A stretch of 39,187 nucleotides of DNA from an uncultured Clostridia bacterium (GTDB taxonomy: Bacteria; Bacillota; Clostridia; Christensenellales; UBA1242): positions 1-39,187 of the forward strand of contig CALWTI010000004.1 in NCBI GenBank assembly GCA_944384425.1, written 5' to 3'. The translations under genes were made by a program, and so were the position numbers. The notes below the pieces were generated by a model that was not told the DNA's origin, searched no databases, and saw nothing but the letters and a program-made list of their open reading frames with translations. Below are positions 8,657 through 17,003 of this stretch, in pieces (the stretch's first letter is position 1; every line of letters begins with the position of its first letter).

Positions 8657-10807
8657 TTAGTCAATGCCTTTCATTGTGAGTGAGATTCTCTTTTTCTCAA
8701 CATCTACGCCAAGAACTTTGACTTGCACAATGTCGCCTACTTTTAATACTTCGCTTGGATGTTTGATATATTTATCACAAATTTGAGAAATGTGAACAAG
8801 TCCATCTTGGTGAACTCCAATATCAACAAAGGCACCAAAGTCAATGACATTTCTCACAGTGCCTGTTAGCACCATTCCTTCTTTTAAGTCTTCAAGTGAA
8901 AGCAAATCACTTCTAAGCACTGGTTTTGGCATACTCTCACGAATATCTCTGCCCGGACGCAAAAGCTCTTCAACGATATCAACAAGCGTTGGCACACCAA
9001 CGTGACATAGCGAGGCAACTTTTTCTTCGCCTTCTTTTTTTATCATATCTTTTAGTGATGATATATTGCCGTTTTTAACATCTTCGCTTGTGAAGTTATA
9101 GTGTTGTAATAAAATTTTAACCGCATCGTAACTCTCTGGGTGAACAGCCGTGTTGTCAAGCACATTGTCGCCGTCAGTAATACGCAAAAAGCCTGCACAC
9201 TGCTCAAACGCCTTTTGACCAAGTCCTGAAACTTTTAAAAGTTGTTCCCTATTTTCAAAACGCACAATTTCTTGCCTATATTTGACAATGTTTAATGCGC
9301 TCTTGGAGTTTAGTCCTGAAACAAATTCTAGTAGTCTTGGAGATGCAGTATTCAAATCTACGCCAACACTATTGACGCAATCTTCAACAACACCTGTAAG
9401 CACTTCGGTTAGTCTTGCCTGTGGCATATCGTGTTGATACTGCCCAACGCCTATTGACTTAACATCTATTTTGATAAGTTCGCTGAGTGGGTCTTGAAGT
9501 CTACGAGCGATGCTGACTGCACTTCTTAAATTGACATCATAGTCTGGAAATTCCTGTGCTCCAAGTTTTGATGCACTGTAAACAGATGCTCCTGCTTCAT
9601 TTACCATTGCATATGAAACTGGGCGGGATATGTGCTTTAATAGTTCAACAACAAATATTTCACTTTCTTTGCTTGCCGTTCCATTGCCTATTGCAATTAT
9701 GTCGACTTTGTCCTTATTTATGAGTTTGGTCAAAATCTCCATACTCTCTTCGGTTTGTGACTTTGGTGGAGTTGGATACACAACGGCGGTGTCAAGAACA
9801 TCACCTTTTTTATCAATAACTGCAATTTTGCAACCCATTCTATATCCTGGGTCAAAGCCCATAATGACATTGTTTTTAAGTGGTGCTTGCAAAAGAAGTG
9901 GACGAAGGTTGACATCAAACATCTTTATTGCCTGCTCGTCTGCCCTTTCTGTCAATGATGTTCTTAGCTCTCTTTCAAGTGATGGGAACAAAAGCCTATC
10001 ATAACTGTCAACTATTGTTTCTTGCATTATGTCGTGAGTTGCTTGGTTTTCTTTTAAATAAACTTTTTCAATTTCTTTAAGTGCTATTTTTTCATCCAAA
10101 ACAACATTTACTTTAAGACAATCTTCTTTTTCGCCACGGTTTATTGCTAGTATTCTATGGCTTGGCATTTTCTCAACAGGCTCTGTATAGTCTGCATACA
10201 TCTCATATGTCTTATTTTTCTCGTTGTCGAGAAGCGAAGTCTTTATGCTTGCCTTTTTCTCCAAAAGTTCACGAAGTGTCTTTCTTAGTTCACTATCATC
10301 ACTTATCATTTCTGCAATGATATCTTTTGCGCCAGACAGAGCTTCCTGTGGGGTTTTGACGCCTTTTTCTTCATTTACATACACTTCACATAGTTTAAGT
10401 ATGTCGCCGTCATACTCTTGCTTGACAATAATGTCTGCAAGTGGTTGCAAGCCTTTTGCAATAGCAACCGATGCACGCGTTTTACGCTTTGGTTTATATG
10501 GTCTATATATATCTTCAACTTCTGTCAAGGTCTTTGCGTCATTTAGTTTTGTTGCAATCTCATCAGTCCATTTGTCTTGCTCTTTTATGCTATTTTCAAC
10601 TTCTAGTTTGCGCTTTTCCAAGTTACGCAAATAATTTAGTCTATCATTCATCTCACGCAAAATTTGGTCATCAAGACTGCCTGTGAGCTCTTTTCTGTAT
10701 CTTGCGATGAAAGGTATTGTGTCTCCCTCATCAATCATTTTGACAATGTTTTCAACTCTATCAAGTCTGACATCAAACTCTTTGGATAATGTTTCATTTA
10801 TGTTCAT
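8657..10807 (-). CDS. tex: Tex family RNA-binding transcriptional accessory protein
   Basis: TIPFIARYRKE, EDIYRPYKPK, YqgF domain GFDPG, SIGVGQYQHD and C-terminal S1 domain. Confidence 0.95.
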   Translation of the reverse strand: MNINETLSKEFDVRLDRVENIVKMIDEGDTIPFIARYRKELTGSLDDQILREMNDRLNYLRNLEKRKLEVENSIKEQDKWTDEIATKLNDAKTLTEVEDIYRPYKPKRKTRASVAIAKGLQPLADIIVKQEYDGDILKLCEVYVNEEKGVKTPQEALSGAKDIIAEMISDDSELRKTLRELLEKKASIKTSLLDNEKNKTYEMYADYTEPVEKMPSHRILAINRGEKEDCLKVNVVLDEKIALKEIEKVYLKENQATHDIMQETIVDSYDRLLFPSLERELRTSLTERADEQAIKMFDVNLRPLLLQAPLKNNVIMGFDPGYRMGCKIAVIDKKGDVLDTAVVYPTPPKSQTEESMEILTKLINKDKVDIIAIGNGTASKESEIFVVELLKHISRPVSYAMVNEAGASVYSASKLGAQEFPDYDVNLRSAVSIARRLQDPLSELIKIDVKSIGVGQYQHDMPQARLTEVLTGVVEDCVNSVGVDLNTASPRLLEFVSGLNSKSALNIVKYRQEIVRFENREQLLKVSGLGQKAFEQCAGFLRITDGDNVLDNTAVHPESYDAVKILLQHYNFTSEDVKNGNISSLKDMIKKEGEEKVASLCHVGVPTLVDIVEELLRPGRDIRESMPKPVLRSDLLSLEDLKEGMVLTGTVRNVIDFGAFVDIGVHQDGLVHISQICDKYIKHPSEVLKVGDIVQVKVLGVDVEKKRISLTMKGID

Positions 10808-12074
10808 TTTTTAACCTCTTTTTTATTTCATCAACTTTTTTGTAAATTTGCTCCACATCTTCATTTGTGTATTTGCCATCACGATACAAAATTTTTCCGT
10901 CAATCATGGTCAGTTTAACATCAGACGACTTCGCCGAATACACAAGGTTAGATACTAAATTGTCATGTGGGTGCATATGCGGATTATGAATGTCCACAAC
11001 TATTATGTCTGCCTTTTTGCCTTTCGCAATTTCCCCATTGTCAAAGCCTAGTGCTTTTGCTCCGTTATATGTCGCCATTTTAAGCACTTCGCCTGCCTTG
11101 ACCACACTTGCATCGCTTATGCTCACCTTTGAAAGCGTTGCGACCAAAAACATTTCTTTGAACATATCTAGGCTGTTATTTGACGCCGGTCCGTCTGTGC
11201 CTATTGTTATGTTTATGCCCTTGTTTTGCATTGCGTACACTGGAGCAATACCACTTGCAAGCTTCACATTTGACGATGGGCAAGTGCATATGCTTGCGTC
11301 ATAGTCAGACAAAATTTGCAAATCATCTTTGTCCATATGCACACAGTGGTAGCACAGTGTTTGCCTATCAAAAAAGCCCAAACTTTCAAGATATTGTGGA
11401 GGAGTGAGTCCGCCATTTTGAACTGTGCAGTTGCCAACTTCGTCAAGCGTTTCACTAAGGTGTATGCTCATTGGCAAATTGTGTTTTGCTGAAAAGTCAA
11501 CACTTTTTTCAATATCTTCTTGTGTGGTTGAATATATCGCATGAATATAAACACATGGCTTTAAAAGTGAACTGTCGTAGTCTTTAAATAAATCAAGCTG
11601 AGATTTTAAATAAGCTTGCAAATCACCACTCACCTTTCTTGTTGAAGGACCAAAGCCTACGCGCGCCCTAAGTCCCGACTGTGACAACGCCTGCAAAATT
11701 TTGTCATTTTCAAAATAACATTCTTCAACTGTTGTGATTCCACTTGCAAGATATTCAAGCACTGCAAGTTTCTCACCCCAATAGATGTCATCGGGCGTCA
11801 GTTTGTTTTCAAGTGGTATCATATAATTATAAAGCCACTCATCAAGTGCTGTGTCATCACCTGTGCCACGAAGAATTGACATTGGTGAATGACAGTGAGC
11901 ATCGACAAAACCTGGCATGACAATATTTTCGTTACAATCAATAACTTCGTCAAATTCGCCAAAAATGGACGTGCCGACATATTCAATGGTGTTTCCACAA
12001 ACTATGACATTGCCAAGTGACAATGTGGCATCTTGAACATTTAATATATTTGCATTCTTAAATAAAATTCTCAT
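10794..12074 (-). CDS. mtaD: Amidohydrolase, 5-methylthioadenosine/SAH deaminase-like
   Basis: PGFVDAHCH, IHLSET, HCV, CPSSNVKLASG and GTDGPASNN. Substrate is inferred from family only. Confidence 0.75.
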   Translation of the reverse strand: MRILFKNANILNVQDATLSLGNVIVCGNTIEYVGTSIFGEFDEVIDCNENIVMPGFVDAHCHSPMSILRGTGDDTALDEWLYNYMIPLENKLTPDDIYWGEKLAVLEYLASGITTVEECYFENDKILQALSQSGLRARVGFGPSTRKVSGDLQAYLKSQLDLFKDYDSSLLKPCVYIHAIYSTTQEDIEKSVDFSAKHNLPMSIHLSETLDEVGNCTVQNGGLTPPQYLESLGFFDRQTLCYHCVHMDKDDLQILSDYDASICTCPSSNVKLASGIAPVYAMQNKGINITIGTDGPASNNSLDMFKEMFLVATLSKVSISDASVVKAGEVLKMATYNGAKALGFDNGEIAKGKKADIIVVDIHNPHMHPHDNLVSNLVYSAKSSDVKLTMIDGKILYRDGKYTNEDVEQIYKKVDEIKKRLKNEHK

Positions 12075-12132
12075 AAAAGCCCTTATATTTGTCATATTAA
12101 GATTAGTACAATTATACCAAAAGGAGGGAAAA

Positions 12133-13377
12133 ATGCAAACAAAAAAGATAATTCTTCATTGCGATGTCAACAATTTTTATGCGTCATGCGAATGTGCGTT
12201 GAACCCTTCAATAAAAGACCAACCTGTCGCCGTCACAGGCGAAGTCACAAAAAGAAATGGTATCGTGCTCGCAAAAAATGAAATTGCAAAGCAGTTTGGC
12301 GTCAAGACTGGTGACGTTATTTTTGAAGCGAAAAAAAAGTGTCCTAACCTTGTTTGCGTTAGACCGCACCACAAAATTTATGAAAAGTATTCAAGGCGCA
12401 TACGAGCAATATATGAAGAATACACCGACAAAGTTGAGCCTTTTGGAATTGATGAGTGCTGGCTTGATATAACTGACACAGTCAAGTTTTTTGGCGATGC
12501 AATAAATGTGGCAAACACACTCAGAAAAAGAATAAAAGAAGAAATTGGCGTGACCATATCTGTTGGGGTTAGCTTTTCAAAAACTTTTGCAAAACTTGGC
12601 AGTGATATGAAAAAGCCTGACGCAGTCACAATTCTTTCCCCTGAGAATTTTAAACAAAAGACATATGGTATGCCACTTGGTAACATCATTGGAGTTGGAA
12701 AGAAGATTGAAGCAAAACTAAACAAACTAAATATATTTACGCTTGGCGACCTTGCAGATTATGACGAGAACATAATTAAAAACAAATTTGGTGTGGTTGG
12801 ACAAAAACTACAAAATAATGTTCGTGGAATTGACGACGACGATGTGCAAAATGTCGAAGACACGCACATTGTCAAAAGCGTTGGCAACGGCACAACCACG
12901 CTTGTAGATGTCAAAACAAAAAAAGAGCTTCGAAGCGTTGTGATGTTTTTGTGCGATGAGATTGCAACAAGACTAAGGGCAAAACATTTGAGTGGTTCAA
13001 CTGTTTCTGTGTCACTTAGACAAAACAATTTGACCTGGATATCAAAAAGCCACACCATGACAAAAAGCACAAATATTTCGAAAATGCTTTATAATGAGGC
13101 CATTATGATTATTGAAGATTTGTGGAACGAAGTATATCCCCTTCGAAGCATAAGAATAAGCGTTTCAAATCTTGATAGCGAAAATATGTCACAACTTGAT
13201 TTGTTCGACACCGATAGAAATAGGCGCACACTTGAAAACACAATTGATAAGATACGCCAAAAATATGGTTATGATTGCATAAAGCCACTTATTAGTCAAA
13301 ATGATAAGCTGATAAACTCAACTGCCCTTAGAATTGAAGAGCAAGAAAACGCAGACAATAACGATGACTTACTTTAA
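12133..13377 (+). CDS. dinB: DNA polymerase IV (Y family)
   Basis: LHCDVNNFYAS, GIDECWLD and AKLGSDMKKPD. SD AGGAGG. Confidence 0.93.
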   Translation: MQTKKIILHCDVNNFYASCECALNPSIKDQPVAVTGEVTKRNGIVLAKNEIAKQFGVKTGDVIFEAKKKCPNLVCVRPHHKIYEKYSRRIRAIYEEYTDKVEPFGIDECWLDITDTVKFFGDAINVANTLRKRIKEEIGVTISVGVSFSKTFAKLGSDMKKPDAVTILSPENFKQKTYGMPLGNIIGVGKKIEAKLNKLNIFTLGDLADYDENIIKNKFGVVGQKLQNNVRGIDDDDVQNVEDTHIVKSVGNGTTTLVDVKTKKELRSVVMFLCDEIATRLRAKHLSGSTVSVSLRQNNLTWISKSHTMTKSTNISKMLYNEAIMIIEDLWNEVYPLRSIRISVSNLDSENMSQLDLFDTDRNRRTLENTIDKIRQKYGYDCIKPLISQNDKLINSTALRIEEQENADNNDDLL

Positions 13378-13911
13378 TTTTTTCGCGTAGATTTTTAAGC
13401 CTTTTTCGATTTTCTCGACATATGCGAGCGTGTCGCCGTATGGCACAACATCCAAAGTTTCGCCGTCAGATGAATAGTCTTTGTTTTTGAGCCAACCATT
13501 AACCACACCCTCGCCAGCATTGTATGCACAAAGCATTGTGCGAACATTCTCGAATTTTTGACTTAAATATGATAGATAATAAGTCCCAAGCATTATGTTA
13601 TATTCTGGGTCAAAGAGTTTGTCTTCTGAGTATTCTATATCAAGTTTTTCGGCAAGCCACTCTGCCGTCTTTGGCATAAGTTGCATAAGTCCCATTGCAC
13701 CTTTTGAAGAAATTGCGTCTTTGTCAAAGCCACTTTCGGCATTGATTAAACTTGCCACAAGATTGCTTTCAATATTATATCTTTCACTATATAAAAGTAT
13801 TGTGTCTTTGTACTTTATTGGATAAAAAATATAACTAAGGCACAAAAACAGATATATTAGCACTATGGCCAGCGTAACAAAAATTATTGATATTATCCCC
13901 GCTTTTTTCAT
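13369..13911 (-). CDS. Lytic transglycosylase (SLT domain), N-terminal membrane anchor
   Basis: INAESGF, GAMGLMQLMP and AYNAG. Confidence 0.92.
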   Translation of the reverse strand: MKKAGIISIIFVTLAIVLIYLFLCLSYIFYPIKYKDTILLYSERYNIESNLVASLINAESGFDKDAISSKGAMGLMQLMPKTAEWLAEKLDIEYSEDKLFDPEYNIMLGTYYLSYLSQKFENVRTMLCAYNAGEGVVNGWLKNKDYSSDGETLDVVPYGDTLAYVEKIEKGLKIYAKKLK

Positions 13912-13953
13912 ACTATATATTTTATGAAAAAAGCATTTTTTTAATACGAAAAA

Positions 13954-14487
13954 TTAAATTACAAGTTGCTTTTTTACTAAACTTAAAAGAGAAGTACACA
14001 AAATAAGCGAAAGAAGCGTGCCTGATAATATATCTGTTAAATAATGTTGTCCAAGATACATTCTTGAAAGTGCCGTTAAAATTAAAAATAAAATACTTAA
14101 AATTATTATCAATATTTTCGTCCATCTTTTTTTGCATTTTTGAAGCGCAAAAAGTAGTATAAAAAACACCATTGTCGTTGCACAAACCATATGTCCACTA
14201 GGAAAACTCTGTCCCACTGCTTCAAGCTTGTTTATAACGCCAGCATCGACTTCAAAAGGCCTTGGACGATTAAAAAAGAATTTTAATAAATAATTAAAAC
14301 AAATATTTATTATTATTGATAAAATAAAATAAAATGAAAATTTTTTATTTGCAAAAAAATAAAATATAATAAATAATAAAATAACACCTAAAAAGCTTGC
14401 AAATAAACTAATTATCCAAAAAAATGTGTCAAAAAAGGCATTTTGACCACTTTGTAAAAATTTAATTATGGCAATTTCCCACTGCAT
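13954..14487 (-). CDS. PAP2 family phosphatase
   Basis: KxxFNRPRP, SFPSGH and SRMYLGQHY. Confidence 0.92.
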   Translation of the reverse strand: MQWEIAIIKFLQSGQNAFFDTFFWIISLFASFLGVILLFIIFYFFANKKFSFYFILSIIINICFNYLLKFFFNRPRPFEVDAGVINKLEAVGQSFPSGHMVCATTMVFFILLFALQKCKKRWTKILIIILSILFLILTALSRMYLGQHYLTDILSGTLLSLILCTSLLSLVKKQLVI

Positions 14488-15113
14488 ATTTTTATTATAT
14501 CAAAAAAATATATTTTTGACCAAAAAAAAATTACAATTTCTCAAATATAATTAAATTGGTTTGTGTAAAAATCGCTACATAAAACACAAAAAAAGCATAA
14601 AAGGTAGCAAAGACAAGTGCGTCATATAATATTATAAACACAAAAATAGCCACGAGGGCCTGGGCAAAAACTGCACTCTCGGCACACTTTCGCAAAAGTT
14701 TTGCAAAAGTTAGTGCTTGATGTTTGTTTTTGCCCTTTTCTCACGGCCAAACGAAAAGTGCACTGCGTTGGCACTTTTGCCGTGACTTCGTCGAAACTGT
14801 CGCTTTTGGCTTCAATTTGCTATTCGCAAATTTTTGCTTTACGCTCCGTTTCTCCTCTCCCCAAAAAGTGTCTTAACTTTTTGGGGGCCCCAATATTTAT
14901 GCACTCTAACAAATTGTTTACATTTGCCAAAGATAGTGCTTGATGTTTCTTTTTGAGGGTTTTGATACTCACGCACGAGTTTAGTTCCCTTAAACGACCG
15001 TATGGCTTGGCACCCCAGAAACAAAGTATATTGGTAATAATAAACACAGAATAGCCACGAGGGCTAGGCTCGAAACAAAAATTAAGTGACAAAAACGAAA
15101 TGTATCGTTTAGT

Positions 15114-15192
15114 ATTATAAACGCAAAAAAGCCCCAAGAGCAAGGCTCGACAAGTCGTGACACGCACGAGTTTAGTTCCCTAAACGACCGTG
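15114..15192 (+). repeat. 79-bp direct repeat, copy 1
   Basis: Identical to 15263-15341 (period 149 bp). Confidence 0.97.
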
Positions 15193-15262
15193 ACTATGAG
15201 AAAAAATTATGAAAAGGATAAAACAAAAAATTAGGAGGCAAAGACGAAATGTGCAGTTTAGC

Positions 15263-15341
15263 ATTATAAACGCAAAAAAGCCCCAAGAGCAAGGCTCGAC
15301 AAGTCGTGACACGCACGAGTTTAGTTCCCTAAACGACCGTG
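15263..15341 (+). repeat. 79-bp direct repeat, copy 2
   Basis: Identical to 15114-15192. Confidence 0.97.
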
Positions 15342-15387
15342 TGGCACGGCTTGGCAGTAAACACAGCTATTGGGTGCTTTTTTGCGT

Positions 15388-16863
15388 TTATAATAGGATG
15401 CAGATTATGCCACCCTTCCCCTCATTAACAATCCTTCCAACTGTTTTGCGCATTTTGCGCTGAGCTTCTTGTGGCATGGCTGTAAGCTTTTCTTGAATAC
15501 CTTCGCTGACAAGTGTTTCAAGTGTTTTGCCAAACATATTTGTTTGCCATACACCCTCGGGATTTGTTTCAAACTCGTCTTTGAGATATTGCGCTAAGTC
15601 CTTGGTTTGTTCTTCTGTTCCAACGAGTGGGTTGACTTCGGTTTCAACATCAACTTTCATAATGTGCAAACTTGGTGCTGTAGCTTTGATTTTAACGCCA
15701 TATCTTCCACCCTGTTTGACAACCTGAGGAGCTTCAAGAACCATGCTATCAAGTTTTGGTATCACAACGCCATATCCATTTTCGTCAACCTCTTGAAGTG
15801 CTGATGCAAGTTTGTCATATTGAGTTTTTGCAAATGCCAACTCTTTGATGTAGCGCACAAGATGATAATCGTCTTGAATTTTTGTGCCACATTGATTTGA
15901 AAGCACTTTGTAAAATAGTTGCTGGCGAGGTTTTATGTTAAACATTATTGTACCTTCGCCCATTTTTATTGAACCAATGGTCAATGGCTCAAAATCGTCA
16001 CTTTCCAAAAAGGCAACATTTGTTTTGTCTATTTGTCCTATTTTTTCTGCACCTTCACCAAACTTTTTGACTTCGTCTATTATTGTTGTGATAATCTCAT
16101 CATCGCCGTCAAGAGCACGAAGCCAATCTGGCATTGTCACTTTTAGCGAACGAATAGGAAATTCAAGTAACACTTTTTCAAATATTTGCTCAATGTCATT
16201 TTCTGAAAGCTCTTTCACATTGATAGCAAGTGTTGAAACTCCGTATTTCTTCTCCAAACTTTTTGCAAGATTTTGCGTGTCGGCACTTTGTGGGTTTTTG
16301 GAGTTGACAACAAGAACAAATGGCTTTCCTGTCTTTTTGAGTTCGTCAACAACTTTTTGTTCTGCCTCAACATAACTTGAACGAGGCAAGTCACTAATTG
16401 AGCCGTCTGTTGTGATTGCAACACCAATTGTCGAATGTTCGGTTATCACCTTTTCTGTGCCAATCTCTGCTGCCTGTTCAAACGGCATATCTTTTTCTGA
16501 CCAAGGTGTTTTGACAAGTCTTGGCTTGTCACCCTCTTCATGCCCCATTGCTCCACTGATTAGGTAGCCAACACAGTCAACAAGTCTGACACTTAGGTCA
16601 ACATCTGCAACATGGACATTGACTGCGTTCTCTGGCACAAACTTTGGCTGTGTCGTCATTATTGTCTTACCTTCAGCACTTTGAGGCAACTCATCCACTG
16701 CACGCTCTTTTTGCTGTTCGTTTTTTATGTTTGGAATCACCAAGTTTTGCATAAAGCGAGATATAAACATAGATTTACCACTTCTCACTGGCCCTACAAC
16801 ACCTATATATATATCACCATTGGTGCGTTTTTTTATGTCTTCGTATATTTCAAATCTTTCCAT
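15388..16863 (-). CDS. spoIVA: Stage IV sporulation protein A
   Basis: IYIGVVGPVRSGKS, DELPQSA, IMTTQPKFVP, RLVDCVGY and C-terminal NEGKGGIICILL. Confidence 0.97.
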   Translation of the reverse strand: MERFEIYEDIKKRTNGDIYIGVVGPVRSGKSMFISRFMQNLVIPNIKNEQQKERAVDELPQSAEGKTIMTTQPKFVPENAVNVHVADVDLSVRLVDCVGYLISGAMGHEEGDKPRLVKTPWSEKDMPFEQAAEIGTEKVITEHSTIGVAITTDGSISDLPRSSYVEAEQKVVDELKKTGKPFVLVVNSKNPQSADTQNLAKSLEKKYGVSTLAINVKELSENDIEQIFEKVLLEFPIRSLKVTMPDWLRALDGDDEIITTIIDEVKKFGEGAEKIGQIDKTNVAFLESDDFEPLTIGSIKMGEGTIMFNIKPRQQLFYKVLSNQCGTKIQDDYHLVRYIKELAFAKTQYDKLASALQEVDENGYGVVIPKLDSMVLEAPQVVKQGGRYGVKIKATAPSLHIMKVDVETEVNPLVGTEEQTKDLAQYLKDEFETNPEGVWQTNMFGKTLETLVSEGIQEKLTAMPQEAQRKMRKTVGRIVNEGKGGIICILL

Positions 16864-16884
16864 ATAACCTCCGTGTGATACTTT

Positions 16885-16913
16885 AATTTATGTTGTCAAA
16901 TTTTGTAATATGC
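16885..16913 (-). promoter_or_regulatory. SigmaE-type promoter for spoIVA
   Basis: GCATATT-N14-CATAAATT on the minus strand matches the sigmaE consensus. spoIVA is a known sigmaE target in B. subtilis. Confidence 0.75.
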
Positions 16914-16939
16914 TAAAATAAACAAATTTATAAAAAAAT

Positions 16940-16978
16940 AGAACAAATGTTTGCTTTTTGCAAAATGTGTGATATAAT
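16940..16978 (+). promoter_or_regulatory. LexA (Cheo)-type SOS box overlapping a sigmaA promoter
   Basis: aGAAC-AAAT-GTTTg at 16940-16953 and TTGCTT-N16-TATAAT with extended TGn (16951-16978). Confidence 0.6.
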
Positions 16979-17003
16979 AATGGTGTACAAAATTTAAGGA
17001 GCA

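Larger units (their letters stand above)
14580..15395. repeat. Intergenic cluster of related, hairpin-rich repeats (MITE/REP-like or structured RNA)
   Basis: Repeat heads ATTATAAAC(A/G)CA..AGCC at 14631, about 15037, 15114 and 15263. Hairpin CACGCACGAGTTTAGTTCCCTAAACGACCGT at 14970, 15161 and 15310. TAGTGCTTGATGTTT.TTTTTG at 14711 and 14934. Confidence 0.85.

Noticed and set aside
13912-13949. Sporulation-sigma promoter for the lytic transglycosylase (CATAAAAT upstream of ATG)
   Set aside because: The candidate -35 is spaced 16 nt away rather than about 14, which is too weak to call in AT-rich DNA
14970-15341. CRISPR array interpretation of the repeated ~32-bp hairpin
   Set aside because: Spacing is irregular (191 and 149 bp), the intervening sequences are themselves partly repeated rather than unique spacers, the full repeat is 79 bp, and there are no cas genes
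14701-15463. ORF-track ORFs 14701-14943, 14820-15167, 14839-15024 and 15209-15463
   Set aside because: They lie across non-coding repeats, share repeat-derived peptides, and have no recognisable domains or convincing SD; one is antisense to spoIVA
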